This document shows, piece by piece, positions 24,078 through 37,300 of a DNA stretch of 64,000 nt; position 1 is the stretch's first letter, and each line of letters starts with the position of its first letter. Under the pieces are notes generated by a model. It searched no databases, was not told the DNA's origin, and worked only from the letters and a program-made list of their open reading frames with translations. Source of the DNA: Macrostomum lignano (lineage: Eukaryota); contig NIVC01000952.1 in assembly GCA_002269645.1 (NCBI GenBank), forward strand, positions 114,758-178,757, in the 5' to 3' direction. The position numbers and the translations under genes were made by a program.

Positions 24078-27000
24078 CTACTTAGGCACCACGGACGACC
24101 TCCTGCGGATGCCTTCGTCGTCGAAGTCCCACGTGGCGTCCTCTTCTTCGGTGACGCCGAGGATTTGTATCTGCTGCCTCATGCTGGCCGGGACGAAGGT
24201 CTCCGGTGTTGACGCCTCCTTGATCGAGTTCGCTGTTTTGACCGCCTGCAAGGATTCGAATATTAGAAAATTAAAGTCAAAACTCTTTGAGACAGGGGGT
24301 TCAGTCAAAGAAGTCGGAACCGGAAGCCAAGCACAAATACTAGAATAAGTATTTTAGAATCTGTGAAGCCAAGTGGGATGTCAACTTACTGTAAGCGACA
24401 AAATGCAGCCCGAATTGCCGACTGCTATCGATATCCTGTCAGAGCAGTTCGACCAGGCACACAGGGAAGATCCCATCCAAGTATGTTCCCTGTAGCCCCA
24501 GGGTTTCTAGGTTCTACATAAGCGCAGTCAAACATTTTTAGAGACCCTTCAATTCTCTGCAGATTTAGGCAAAAATTTACACACCAATAGGCCAATATGT
24601 AGCAAACTCAGAGCTAGAATTTCTTATTTATCGGCCCAATGAAGCAAGACCTGTAAATAATTTACTCAATTAACCACGGAATCGAAATTACGATTTTCGC
24701 TAATAACTTCCGGATGGTGAGTCTGCGACTTGTGCGTGATTAGTCAGATCAGGCCAAAACTCCCAACCTTGGGATGCATGATATGGGTGTAGCTAATGCA
24801 TGGTGTCTAACGTAAAGATAACATGTGAGATCATGATTTTCGGCTTAATTCATTTGTAGGAAACGACTGTCACATGAACGCTGTGCGGTCAAGGCTCAAG
24901 TACCCGTATTTTCGGGCGATAAGATCGTATTTTCGATTCCGCTTACGAACGAAATTTCAAAAACGTTGCTTATTCGAACTCGAACAAACCCATTCATAGA
25001 AGGCGAAGGCGGCAGCGCTCTGCAGGGCGATCTCGCGCTTGTCGATGCTGCCCAGAATCTCCGAACTTCGGGCGGCGATGCGCGGATCAACGAAGCGCGG
25101 CTGAAAGTCCGCGACAGACTTGTTGATGCTCTTCAACAGAGGCTGGCAGCGAGGCCATTTCTGTCAGGTGGAAAAAAATGCATGGTAATCCACTCCACCA
25201 ATATCCACTACTTGCAGTAGTGTAATTCGATCACTGCTTTAGAGGGCCATATAATTAATAAATCATCAAGAATCGTTCATTAAAATAAATCCAATTCAAA
25301 TTCGCGCCAAAAGGGACATTGTTAAGCAATTGCTAAACACCTTGTAAAAATCCTTTTGACACCTAATGTGGTTGATTAACTCAATAGTTTGTCCCAGACT
25401 CAGACTGAATCCTTAGAAGCGGCAATGATGAAGCGCGGATCGCTCACCCGTGTGCGCTTTTCGTAGTACCCGAGCAGCAGCAGCAGCGCCTGAACCGTCC
25501 GGTGCACCGTTTCCACTGGCCGGCTGTACTGCCTCAGCTCGGACAGACTCTTCGGACTCATCTCCAGCCGGTGTGAGGGAATTCGCTTCAGCTTGTCATC
25601 TCGCTGGATGGCCTCTCTGGCGAGCCGCAGGTCCTCGCGGAACAGCGCCAGCTGCGCCTCCGTCAGCGGCTGCGACTCGGCTTCAGCCTCCAGACGGTGC
25701 ACCAACGCGCGCAGGCGGTCGGTGCTGCGGGCTCGCTGAGCGTCCGCCATGGCGTCCCGTATGTCTGCAGGGGTGGGAGGTGAGCTGGTCGGGTAACTCA
25801 AGAATGATGCATCAGATAAACAAAAGCATTCAAAATCATCAGGTTCCAATCTGGTTTGTCTCTAATCCTCTATACCTGTATCAGGCTTTCGTATGACTTC
25901 ATTGAGAATTTCAACTGAATGTAACCTGAATGTAAACCACGAAACTATGAACTCCTCATTGAAATCGGACTGTACAACCTCGCCGTTCCTCACGCACCCT
26001 TCCTATTCTGCAGCGCAGTCAGTGTCAGCCGAGCTTCCCGCAGTTTCGTTTCGTGGTAGCGGTGCAATCCAAACTCGTGCGGCTCCAAAGCCTTGATCGC
26101 CTTGCGCAACTGAACAACTTTTCTACTAAGCAGCGCCTCGTCTAGCTGAGAAATGAGAAGTTTGACCTCTTCTTTCGCTGCCGCCGCAGCTTCTGCCTCG
26201 GCTGCCTTTGCCGCTGCTGCTGCTTCAGCAGCTGTTGTCGCTGCTGCATTCGCTTCAGCCGACGATTTGCTTGCAGCCTCAGAATCTGAGGAGGCCTTCG
26301 CGGCCTTCTTACTTGCGGCGTCAGCTTCCGCGGCAGCCTTTTCTGAAGCCTCCTTTGACGTCTTCAATTTAGCTTGCGCCTCATCGACCAGTGTTGCGGC
26401 ATTTTGAGCGGCCTTTTTGGTTTCGTCATTTCCTGATTTCTCAGCTTCCACTGCTGCTTGGTCCGCTTCGTTTCTCGCCGCATCGGCCGCCGTCTTGGCT
26501 TTTTGCTCCGCCTCCGCAGACGCTTTGGCGGCCGTACGCGCATCGGTCGCGGCACTCGCTGCAGTCTGAGCGGCAGATTTCGCTTCAAGAGCGGCTGCCT
26601 CCGCTAATTTCGCCGCCTTGGCAGCTTTTTTAACTTCACCTGACTTCGCAGCTTCAGCCGCAGTCCTGGCAGCTTCGGTCGCTGACTGAACAGCCGCCTC
26701 TACTGCGGCACCCGCCGTTGTCACCGCCTGACCGGCAGATTCCGCCCTGGATGCCGCTTTCATGGCCTCATTTGAAGCTGTCTTCGATTCAGTCGATTTT
26801 TTTGAAGCCACTTCCACCCTTTCAAACGTCTTGTCGGACGCCGCATTGGCTTTGGCTGCGGCTTCTGCCTCTGCCGCCGCTTTTGCAGCAGCTTCTGCTT
26901 CAGCCAATTTCTTAAGCGAATCCTACATAAAGATAAAAGTAAAACCGTAACTTGTGAAATAAGCGATCAATCTGTGCCATTATTTACTAATCAATCGGAA

Positions 27001-30000
27001 AAATCTGAGATACATGTGCAAGTAGGATTAAAAAATGCACCTGGGTAGGCAGTGGCTCCAATCCCTCTTCGCGGCGGCGTCGGTTCTCCCGCTTCCTCTG
27101 CCGATTCTCCTCGGCCACCCGACGTCGCTCATTCAGCTCCTGAGCTTCGCGCAGTGCCGCCGCCTTGGCCTCCGAGCTGCTCTCCGACTCGACGTCGAAC
27201 TTTACAAGCTGTGTCTCAGCGCCGTCGTTGACGCGTGACACCACCGTCACGCCGCCGCTCCCGGCAGCGTTCGTTCCATCGGCGGTGCTCGCAGATGGCG
27301 TCACGGACCCGAACCACAACCGCGGGTCCTGCGGGTCGCGACTCAACGGCTCCCGACTGCCGCTTCGCTCGTCGACCACCTCCACAGAGCCGATAGCTGC
27401 GGCGTCTGCAAGGCGGAGGCGGATTGGCGTCGGCTGTCCAACGGATAGCGTGCGGTCCAGCGGCTCGATGAGCGCTCCGCCGACCGGCCAGTCCGCTCCG
27501 AGGCTCGGAAACGCGGATGCCGATCCGTCCAGCTGGCCCACCGCTCGCACGAAGTACGTGAAGTACGGGCGCCAGTCTCCGCCGCTCTCTCGGAACGACA
27601 GGCGGAGCAGGTAGTGGCCCGCTCTCGGGAACCGGCACCGCACCTCGAAGCCGCCGCCCTCGACACCGCTCACTAACGAGTAGTCGCCGACCGACTCGGT
27701 CCCTCCGTCTGCTCCGATACCAAGCATCTCCGACTTCAGATCGATGCCTGCGTCGCCTTCTTCGCCTGCGCCATCAACACCGAAGCGCATCGCCAACTCG
27801 AACTCTTCGGTTCGAACGTACGGCGTTTGGTGGCTCAGTGGCACCAGCCGACAGCCTCCGCCGTCCGCCTTGCTTGCAGCGGCGAGTCCGAGACCTCCAA
27901 CGCGGCTCCAGTCGGGCAGCGGGAAGCTCGCGCCGTCCTTGGCTTCGCTGCTGGCGTCCACCAGGAACTGGCCGACGGGCCGACTGTTCTCGTAGAGCAC
28001 CAGAGCGTAGTAGCCGGAATCGGGCGCCAGGAACAGGAAGGCGTTGCGGCGATCGTCGCGCCACACGAGCACGCTGCCCGTCGGCAGGGGCTTGTTGTCC
28101 GGGCCCAGCGCTTGGCACGTCAGATTTCTGCGATGTAAATATTGTCGGAATCAGATTTTTTAATTGGCTGCTTATTGATTCATTTTTCTCTGTTGGTTAG
28201 TATAACCACAAAAATCAATATTACGATGATGTCTTCGTAGAATCGTAGACATCGTAGAATGATGTCTTGCTGGTCTGATGATGTTTTTATGAAGATTCTA
28301 ACTGATTCTTGTCTGTTTGCTGTGGTGATTTGTTGTCTGCAGGGAATTGTATTGAATAGTAGGCATGCCCTAACTGTTTGCTTTCTGATTTCTCAGCATA
28401 GAATGTGGCTCTCATACTCACTCACCTCAGATGGCCACTACTAGGTCTTTCGTCCTCCTGAAGCGGTGCAATTTCCAGCGATGCCTCTCCGTCGCCAGCT
28501 TTCAGCTCTCCGGGCGCTTCTGAGGTTAGTCCAGCTCGTTGAAGGTCTTGTCCTGGTCCGAACTCGCGAAGATCTTCCTGGCCCTCCGGGATGACATCGA
28601 CCGATTCCCAGTTTTGAGGGCAGTGGATCGTATACGTAAGGAACTTACATCCAGTTAGCGTAACCTCACTGACCTGACGCCAGAGCATGATTTCCAGAGC
28701 GTACTGTCCTGGATATGGTGGCTCAAAGATGAACTTGACGGTATCCTTTGACACACGGATCCCCTTGCTGATGCAGGCCTTCTCCTGATAGGCACTCAAA
28801 ATGGCTGTCTTCGATTCACTGCTGATGTGCTTCTTGTGTATCTTTAGCTGCCCGCTGTACTTATACTGTTCTACCGCTCGCTCCTTCAACAGAATCTCAA
28901 CGGGTCCCGGCTTTGCTACGATGACGTTATAAGGATAGTTTATCGGCTCCAGATCGTAGAATTCCATTTCTTTGGCAAAACCTCCAAAGTAGTGAGGAAG
29001 CAGTTCAAATTCTTCAATACTGAGTGGCCTCGCTAGCAGCTGCCACTCCAGATCATGCTGCTGTGGACAATGGTTTGTGATCAGCCTTTCTGGATCAGTC
29101 AGGAAGTAGAACTCATCACGGTGAAATACGCTCTGTCCCTTCTGTTCTCTGGCACTGCTGACTCGGCCCTTATCGTCAATGGAGCCATATCTGCCGGAAT
29201 CGTGATTCATCACAGCCGTGGCACCCCAGTGCGGGTCCACGAATCGCCATTCGCCCTCAACGTAGCACGCGAACCAACAGCCACCGAGTTCGGCCTTTAC
29301 GCCAGAGTCGGAGTTCGCACCCTTTTTGTAGCCGTAAAGCTTCTTGTTTGGCACTTTTCCACAGCTGAAAAATTTGGTTTTGAATCCTTGGAAACGAATC
29401 GAAATGCTAAAGTCAATGCAAAAGACAAGGACGATTGTTTTTATTATCAGATAGTCTTGATAAATATTCGCTGAATAAACTTTATTGATCGAAATGTCAC
29501 TTCACGGTAATGACCTTTGCTTAATGGCTGGTCATTAACTGAAAGTCCTGTTTCGACTATAGACAATTTAATCAATACTCGTACAGCTATTATGAAGCGA
29601 GAATTTAAATTAATGGCCAATGAGACGAGTGCGCGTAGCCACTCGCGAAAAACGAATCCTTGTCGTTTCGTTACGAAACCTCACGAAACCTAAACGAAAC
29701 CTCAAAAACCATCTACACCACTAACCATTGTACCATGAATGCATTTTAGTAGCCTTGAATAATAGTTAGTTGTGTATTCGGTTTTGGAGGTAGACAATGA
29801 TTCGTTTTTCACGCGTGGCGAAAAATTTTAGTAGCCTTAAATAATGATTCCGAAGCATTGAATAATGAGCGTACAGCATGGAACATTGATTTTGAAACGT
29901 CGACTGTGAGGATTCCTTTGGGTTTGCCTCTGTACTACGCTCTTAGAGGGCTTCCTATTTGTCTATGGGTCTAAGGGTCGCCTATGAGGATATGATGAAC

Positions 30001-33000
30001 TCATTCGACAATCTACTTGTAACCTGGTCTTACTTACTTACTTACTACTGACGGGGGGCGCAGGCGCCGCGAATAGGCCGTGAGGCCCCTATCGCAACCC
30101 CAAGGTAAAAGAGCACAAGGATTAGCCTTGGGGGTGCGCCCAGTCCCCGCCAGTAGTCGGCAGGTCCGCAGTGGAGGCATCGGCGACCCTCATCCGGCCG
30201 GAGTCCCGGACGAAGGCGCGGAGGTCTCGGATATTGTCCGCGGTGGTCAGCTCGTCCATCCGCTGGGGGTGGCCGAGGTATTTGTGCCGCGCCTTGTTGA
30301 AGTAAGGGCAGAAGGTGACGTGATGCTCCGCGGTCTCCTCTCCTATGCCACAGAAGGGACAGGTGGGAGGGCAACCGGTTTGCAACGATATATGTCTCTG
30401 GAAGAATCCGTGGCCGGTTAGGACCATGCACATCTCCCTGAGGTCGGTTCTGTTAAGCGAAATCAGATAATCAGAGACTTTCCTGTTCAGGTTAGGCATG
30501 GCAGAGCGGCTCTGCCTGTACTCGGTGCAGCTGTTCCAGTGGAGCTGGTGCTGCTGATGGAGCCACCTGTTGATATGGCGGGTGACTTGCGACCTGGGGG
30601 TGGGTAGCCTCATCAGACGGTGGTTGCCGTCTGGGTTGCTGCCCTCCTTGGCGAGAGAGTCCGCGAGCTCGTTGCCCAGGATGTTGCTGTGACCAGGTGT
30701 CCAGATAATTCTAATCCTGTTAAGGACTGAGAGAGATTGCACACTGCGGTGGCATTGAGATACTGTAGCAGCGGAGATATTCTCAGTGGTTAAGGCCTTA
30801 ATAGCAGCTTGGCTATCAGTGTAGAAATTAATGTCAAAATTATTAATGTTCGCCTGAAACAGTTGCTGGGCACACTGCTCAATGGCGCAAATTTCAGCTT
30901 GGAAAACTGAGGTGTTCTCACCGAGGTGCAGACTTTCCTGGAGAAGCATCTTACCCTCGTGGAAAATGGCAATACCCGCTCCAGCGCGGCCGTTGAACAG
31001 CGAGCCGTCGGTGAAGCAGTGAATGCCCTGGCTGCGCCGGTTCACACCGACATCCAGCGGAATGTTGTCTCGGCCAGGGATGGCGGTCTTGAAGCCCCTC
31101 CTGATGTTGAGGGCGGGAGGTCGACTATCCACATTGCCCAGGTCCATGTGGATGTTGTTAAGGTCGCGGCGGACAAAGTCCATATGCGGGATTAATGTTT
31201 TCATTGGCATAAAGCCAGAGGGCGCGTTATTTAACGTTTTATCTCTGATAAGCCGGGAGGCAGACTTCATAGCCTCCGCCCTAATAAATAGGTGAAGCGG
31301 AGGTAGGTTAAGGATAGTGTTCAGCCCCTCGTAAGGGGTGGACGGGTACGCACCTGTGATGGCACGGCAAATGCTGCCCTGAAGCTGGTACAGCCGCTGA
31401 CGGGCTTCCTATTTGTCTATGGGTCTAAGGGTCGCCTATGAGGATATGATGAACTCATTCGACAATCTACTTGTAACCTGGTCTTATACAGTACAACATT
31501 TTTTGCTTTGCCACTACTAAAATATTCACGTCAAAAGTTTCTATGTAAAGATTCAAAAGACCAAAACATCGACCAGAACGTGGAACTTACCCAAGCAGCT
31601 TCTCAAATACATCCGTCGCCTCATTTTCCGGATAGCTTTGTATGCCAGAGATTCTTCTGCAACCTCTGCCAGCTGCCGGTGCGCGCAGGTGAAGCAGAAC
31701 GCGACCCTCACCTTCTCGAGGTTGCTGCGGCTCTGCTCGAACAGCCGCTGCGCCAGCTGCTCCCAGTCGTCGCTTGGCAACGGCGTCACCGACTCGGCGA
31801 ACTTGTCCGTATCTGTAAAGTCCTTCGATTCGAGCAGCTCCGTTTTGGTGCGTCGCGGTGGAAACGGAGCCGGAGGCGACTCGTTCGCCGCGTCGCCCAA
31901 CGGATTGGGCGGCTGGCCTCGCTGCCGCTGCAGCCGCGCCAAGCCGGCCAGCGTCGGGAAGCGGCCGGACTCGACGCCTCGCTGCACTTCGGCAGAGTCG
32001 GCGGGCAGCAGGTACTTGGCCAGGGGCACCTCGTCATCGGCCAGTTGGTAGTTTGAGTAGTACGGCAGCTCGTCCAGGTAGCTTTTCTGGAGTTCGCAAC
32101 CCGTAATTACGTTTTTTACGGTAAGAAAACGAACCAATATCAAAAGCTCTGAGAAGTTTCTGTATCATAGAAGATCGGTGCTTTGTTTCTTTACGCTCGT
32201 ACTTTAAAATATCACTACAAACCTGAAAACATAAATTCTTGTAGTTAATATCAATTTTCGACCATCACAATGTCCTTTAGTAAAGAGGTAGTTGAAAGGC
32301 CAAGCGAAGTATCGTCGAGAGAGCCATTGTGTTCTTTTTTTCGGAAAGAAGAAGGGAGGAAATAATCTAAGGACTTGTAGACTCTACTTTACCTACTAGT
32401 CTTTGTACACTCATAAAAATGGTGCCAATTTAAACTTCTCTATGATTTTGCTTTCCTAGAAATACTCATGCCCTCGCATTCTGTTCTTTTGTCGTTGCAT
32501 TGACTATTTAAAACAAAAAACATCTAGTTAAGCCTAGCGTTATTGTACGAGCAGTTTGATAATTATTTGGTTGGCAGCGAGTGCATAGTAGGTAGTTCCC
32601 CTTTGTTCTACTCTTCTGGCATGATTTTCGCGTTCGTATTGCATCCATCAAAAAGTACAATTGGCAGAAATATACGCTTCAACGTATGTATATTTACGCT
32701 ACCCAAACAGTGGGGCAACCAGGAACCAGACTGTCTGTAATCGGCAACTTGTCGGAGCAGTTGCCTAGAAACGCGGAACAAACAGTTGATCGACGTCAGT
32801 TTTTCGACCCATTGAAGACGTAAATCCCAATATTATCCCCCTAGAAGCCCAAGGTAGGAGCTTTATGACATTCTAGTCGACTCGTTTCTACAAATTATCG
32901 ACTGCAGTCCGGCTTAATCCAGAGCATGACGTCTGCTTTGATTTGCATAATTCGAGAGATTTTTGTAAGCTCAATTTTTTCCCTAATTCAAAAGGTTACA

Positions 33001-33135
33001 AATGTCTCTTCTCAAAAATTCAAAATTTGCTTCGCTTGATTTGAAAAAGGTGGCTGCTGCACTTCCTGATTTGCTCACCGGTTTTTGCTCCTGCTGAGCA
33101 GCTGTTGCAGACTCCGTTGCAGAATGAGCTTCCAT
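24078..33135 (-). CDS. Paralog C: same architecture as paralog B
   Basis: Exons 33079-33135 (MEAHS..., tentative), 31591-32086 (-1 frameshift at ~31625), 28426-29364 (LYGYKKG...[19 protein letters not shown]), 27041-28127, 25998-26922 (Ala/Lys/Glu-rich), 25448-25764, 24990-25160, 24078-24245. Junction phases are consistent once the frameshift is corrected. Confidence 0.85.
30033..31401 (-). mobile_element. 5'-truncated RNase H-bearing LINE (I/Loa/Nimb-type) with (TAAG)n tail
   Basis: Open frame 31401 to 30122: [52 protein letters not shown]...EHHVTFCP. Flanked by an 85-bp direct repeat (29948-30032, 31402-31486). Confidence 0.9.
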
Positions 33136-33145
33136 CGCAGAAGAT

Positions 33146-33336
33146 NNNNNNNNNNNNNNNNNNNNNNNNNNNNNNNNNNNNNNNNNNNNNNNNNNNNNNN
33201 NNNNNNNNNNNNNNNNNNNNNNNNNNNNNNNNNNNNNNNNNNNNNNNNNNNNNNNNNNNNNNNNNNNNNNNNNNNNNNNNNNNNNNNNNNNNNNNNNNNN
33301 NNNNNNNNNNNNNNNNNNNNNNNNNNNNNNNNNNNN
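33146..33336. other. Assembly gap (about 190 N)
   Basis: Run of N immediately upstream of the putative first exon of paralog C. Confidence 0.99.
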
Positions 33337-34111
33337 TAGTCAACACTCGCAATGGCACACTTAAAATGACAGAACATTCGACATATAGACAGACGAAAAA
33401 ATATTGTATTTTATCTCTGTACCTTTATCTAGAGCATTGTATTGTAACAAGTAACTAAAGTATTGTACGGTGTTAGCTACCTAGTGAAGGTTATTGTAGA
33501 AAGCATAGAAGACAAGATAAAAAGCGAAAAAACTGATTAAAAAACACGATTTTAAAAGTATTGATAAAATTGATACGTTTTATTTCATTTGATTAAATAA
33601 AAAACCAACAAAACTATCGCACTATTGCTGACCGGGCAGAGATAGCATAGCCGCAAAGCAATATTTATCTCAAAAACTTCGATTAAGCTAATATACCAGT
33701 CTTGTGTGACAAATAAATACGAGATTAGCAACAGTAATTAAATAATTTTACGAATTTTTTTTCAGATTCAGTCCATAATTATCATCAGTTAATTTAAAAA
33801 ACGGCAGAATTCGGATTCGATAAAACATTTCAAAGCATTTCTCTGTGAATTCGGCAAAAATTTAAGATATGTAAGAAAGTTTATAAAATGAATATCTCAG
33901 TTTCTATCTAATAGCATGCATTTGGGTTTAGCTCGTGTATACTCATTTTTATCAAAGTTATCATAGCCAAGATTTTTCATGATTTGTGACTTTCAGTATT
34001 TTCAGGCATTTTCATCAGGTTTCCTAAAGTTCAACCATGCTATCCTCAAGAATATGTCTCTAAAAGGTTTTAAACGAGCTGTCTCGAATAGAGACGCGTG
34101 AGAAATGTTTG

Positions 34112-34320
34112 CATCAGACTACTAGTTAAGCCTTGGATAAGTAGTAATCAAAGCATCGAGAATATCCACATCAGACTACTAGCAAACCCTGGATAAGGGT
34201 AATCAAAGAACTAAAACAGTCAACATCCGACTACTACTTAAGCCCGGGATAAGTAGTTAGCAAAGCATCAAAAACATTCGCATCACACTACTACTGCAAG
34301 TCCTAAGTCAGTAGTAAAAA
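34112..34320. repeat. Four diverged ~56-bp units, each with an actact...agtagt stem, just after the RNF213 stop
   Basis: Unit starts at 34112, 34169, 34224 and 34281; the stem is weaker in unit 2. Confidence 0.7.
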
Positions 34321-34331
34321 TCGCGGCTAGT

Positions 34332-37300
34332 TCAGGCCCGCGAGCCCTCCAGCGCGAAGACGGCCATCCAGATGGCGCCGAGTGCTTGCACAACAGTCGC
34401 TCGTCCCAGCCGTCGAAGACGCCATCATAGTCGGTGTACACGATCCCAACCTCCGACAGTGGCAGGTCCAGCAGATCCGGCCGGCTCGCCAGCTCCAGCC
34501 TCATCAGGCTGTGCAGCTTCTCCAGCAGGAGGCTGCGCCGGTTGCGGAGGTCACGCGGGGGCAGCAGCTCGCGGAGCGGTTCCTCTAGCGGTGCGGCCTC
34601 GAGGCCGCGGCAGTCGCGGAACGGCTCGAAGCCGTCGTCGGCGAGCTGCTGGCAGCGCAGGCGGTCCAGCGACAGCCACAGCAGGCGGACGTGGTCGATT
34701 GTGACGCAGCGGTTGAGCGGCTCCGGCAGCCCCTGCGGCATTCGCAGCGACTTCGTCATGAAGTCATGCAGCAGCTGCGACGGCTCCTTCGGGCCAGCGA
34801 GGTCAGGAAGCTCACGGCTGGTGGCAGTAGCTCCTCCAGCAGCGACGTGATGACGGGCGGGCTGCTGGGCAGCTCGGAGCTCAGCGCGTGGCTCACGAGG
34901 AGCTGCTGGGAGAGCGGCACTGCGGCACCGCCTGAGGACGGCAGGAACAGCAGGATGAAAATAATATATAGAAGCAAGGTCACACTCAATGGAGTTTATG
35001 ATCAACAGGAACCCGTGATCTACTCGCCTTATTCAGCAACTGAAACTGCTCGTAGAGGTTAAAGTCCTCCTTGAACTTCATCTCCGGCAGGTGACCAATG
35101 AGCCGTGATTTTCCCGAGCCAGCAGCTCAACAAGCTGTTGCTGCAAGCTGGAGAAGTTGTAGGCGACCTTGCAGCCCTCGCCAGGGCGCAGAGAGTACTC
35201 GCAATTCGCTAGCAGGACGGGCAGCAGATCGGCGTCCGGATCGTACGAGATTACAGAGGCTTCGTTAGCCTAAAATAGTTGCTCGTAAAGTACATGTACA
35301 AGTACAGGTACAGGCTCCTAGGCGAGAGTTTACCGGTAAAACTGTAAAGGGTTCTTCTCGCTACCTGAGTGCCGAACTTTAAAAATCCATTATTCCCAAA
35401 ACGCCGACTCCGACATAGACTTACCTGACAGATGTCGATTTCATCGCACTGAATTCCGCTAGCTTCCAATACGGAATTTTGAGCCTCCATCAGCAGCTGG
35501 ACTAGGCCTACAATGCAGCTTCCCCAGCCGCTATGGGGCAGCAGAGCCGCTAGGGGCATAAAATCTGCTGTGGCCAGTGGCAAGCTTTCTCACTGATGGG
35601 AACGATGACTCCGTTTGAAAATCTGGCGCCCCGGTTTTCCAGGTGGCCATGCAGAGAGTTCCAAGCCAGTTTGAACTCGATCGCGCCCTGCTCCCACCTG
35701 AGTGAGTTTTCGAAAGGGAGAGTGCAGTTTGGAAAACCTGCTTGTCAAGTTGAAACTTGCAGACGGATAAAAGATGAGACATAAATACTCACTGGCGATT
35801 CATGTCAAACGCATCTATCTTCCTTTTTTCAGCCGCTTCCATCGACAAGTTGAACTTCCAAGCGGCCACCAGGTCCTTCACCAGCTGCAGCAGAGCCGGC
35901 AGAGACCGCAGGTGCCTCAGCGCGAACTCCCAGCGAGTGACGGCCTCGATGAGGGCGTGCCGCCTCTGTTCCTCGACGCCCAGCTCCCGGAAGGTCTGCA
36001 CCGCGTGCTCCACGGAGATGACCTGCCTGTAGCGCCACAGCTGGCCCTCGTGCGCCTGCCGCCTGTCGAGCTCCGAGGTCTCCTGCACCAGGCGGACGAT
36101 CTCCGATGTCCTGCCGAGGTCGTCCTGCCCGACGATTCGGTTGGACTCCTGCAGCCAGTCGCTCAGGTTGTCCAGCAGCGCGCCGGAGCAGGCGCGTCTC
36201 CAAGCGGTTCTCGAACTCGCGACGTCCATCGTTGTTGAGCAGGTTGAAGGCGGTGGCGGGCGCGGGTGCTGACAGGCCGCGCAGCAGCAGCAGGTGGAGC
36301 GCCTGCGCGCGTCCTCCTGACTGCGACCCGTGGCGCGGCTGAACAACGCCAGGCCGGTGCGGAACTCCTCAGCGAATCGGCGCCTGTCGCCTCCAGCGGC
36401 GCCGCCCAGCAGCAGCGCCAGCGCCTGCAGCGACCGCAGGAGCGCCGCTGCACCGGCAGACAGCTGACGGACCGGTTCTGGTCGGTTCTGGTCGGCGACC
36501 GGCACGAACCCGCGCTGGGTTCGATCCACGGCTTGGTATCCCGCGTTGTTCTCCAGCAGCCGGTGTTTTTGGCCGCCGATGGCGCTGCCGCAGTCCGGGC
36601 AGCGGGCGAGCTGCATCGCCTGGCCGCACTGGTAGGATGGGAGAGTCGGGGTCAAATGGGCAATTGAATGATGAGGGTTCAAGAGACTTTGATGGATAGA
36701 GAAATGGCAAAGAGCAGACAGGCCAAGTCGAAAGAGCTTGTCTTTTGTCCACGAATTTCGTGATCATCATAAAGTTATGACGACAGCCAAGAACTTTCCA
36801 GATGACCGATTATTATTTTATCGCTTTTGCATTTTTAGCTGTGGTTGAAATCAGCTCGAATTTCTTGCCTGGCTATCAGATGCCAATCATATATTTCTCA
36901 ATCTCTTTCGTAATCTTGAGTAAGACCCCAACTTTGCGCCTCCACCCTCTTATCTCCGATCCCCACTTTGCGCCTCCACCTCAAACTTATCTGTCAACAA
37001 CATACAAAAGACTTACATTAGCAATGTAGTACGGGTGGCCGTTGGGGCAAGCTGAAATGAGTCAACAGCCAGTGAAGCAGTTAAAATCCATAGTCTTGCA
37101 GACTAATTGAAGAGTCCCAAGCGAGCTCACCATAGGCGCGGGTGCCCCCGATTCCCTGAGCCGTGAAAGCTTCGAACAGCTCGTCATGCCGCATGCCAGG
37201 CAGCAGCCAGTTGTTGAAGTTGTTCGGCAGTTGAGTGAGAAAGTTGACAATGTCAGACTGGCAGGTTGCCAACACGAAGGCCAGGTGAATCTGCAGCAGA

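Noticed and set aside
29948-31486. LTR retrotransposon interpretation of the 85-bp direct repeats
   Set aside because: No TG...CA ends, PBS, PPT or integrase; the RNase H + CCHC ORF and tandem tail are LINE-type.
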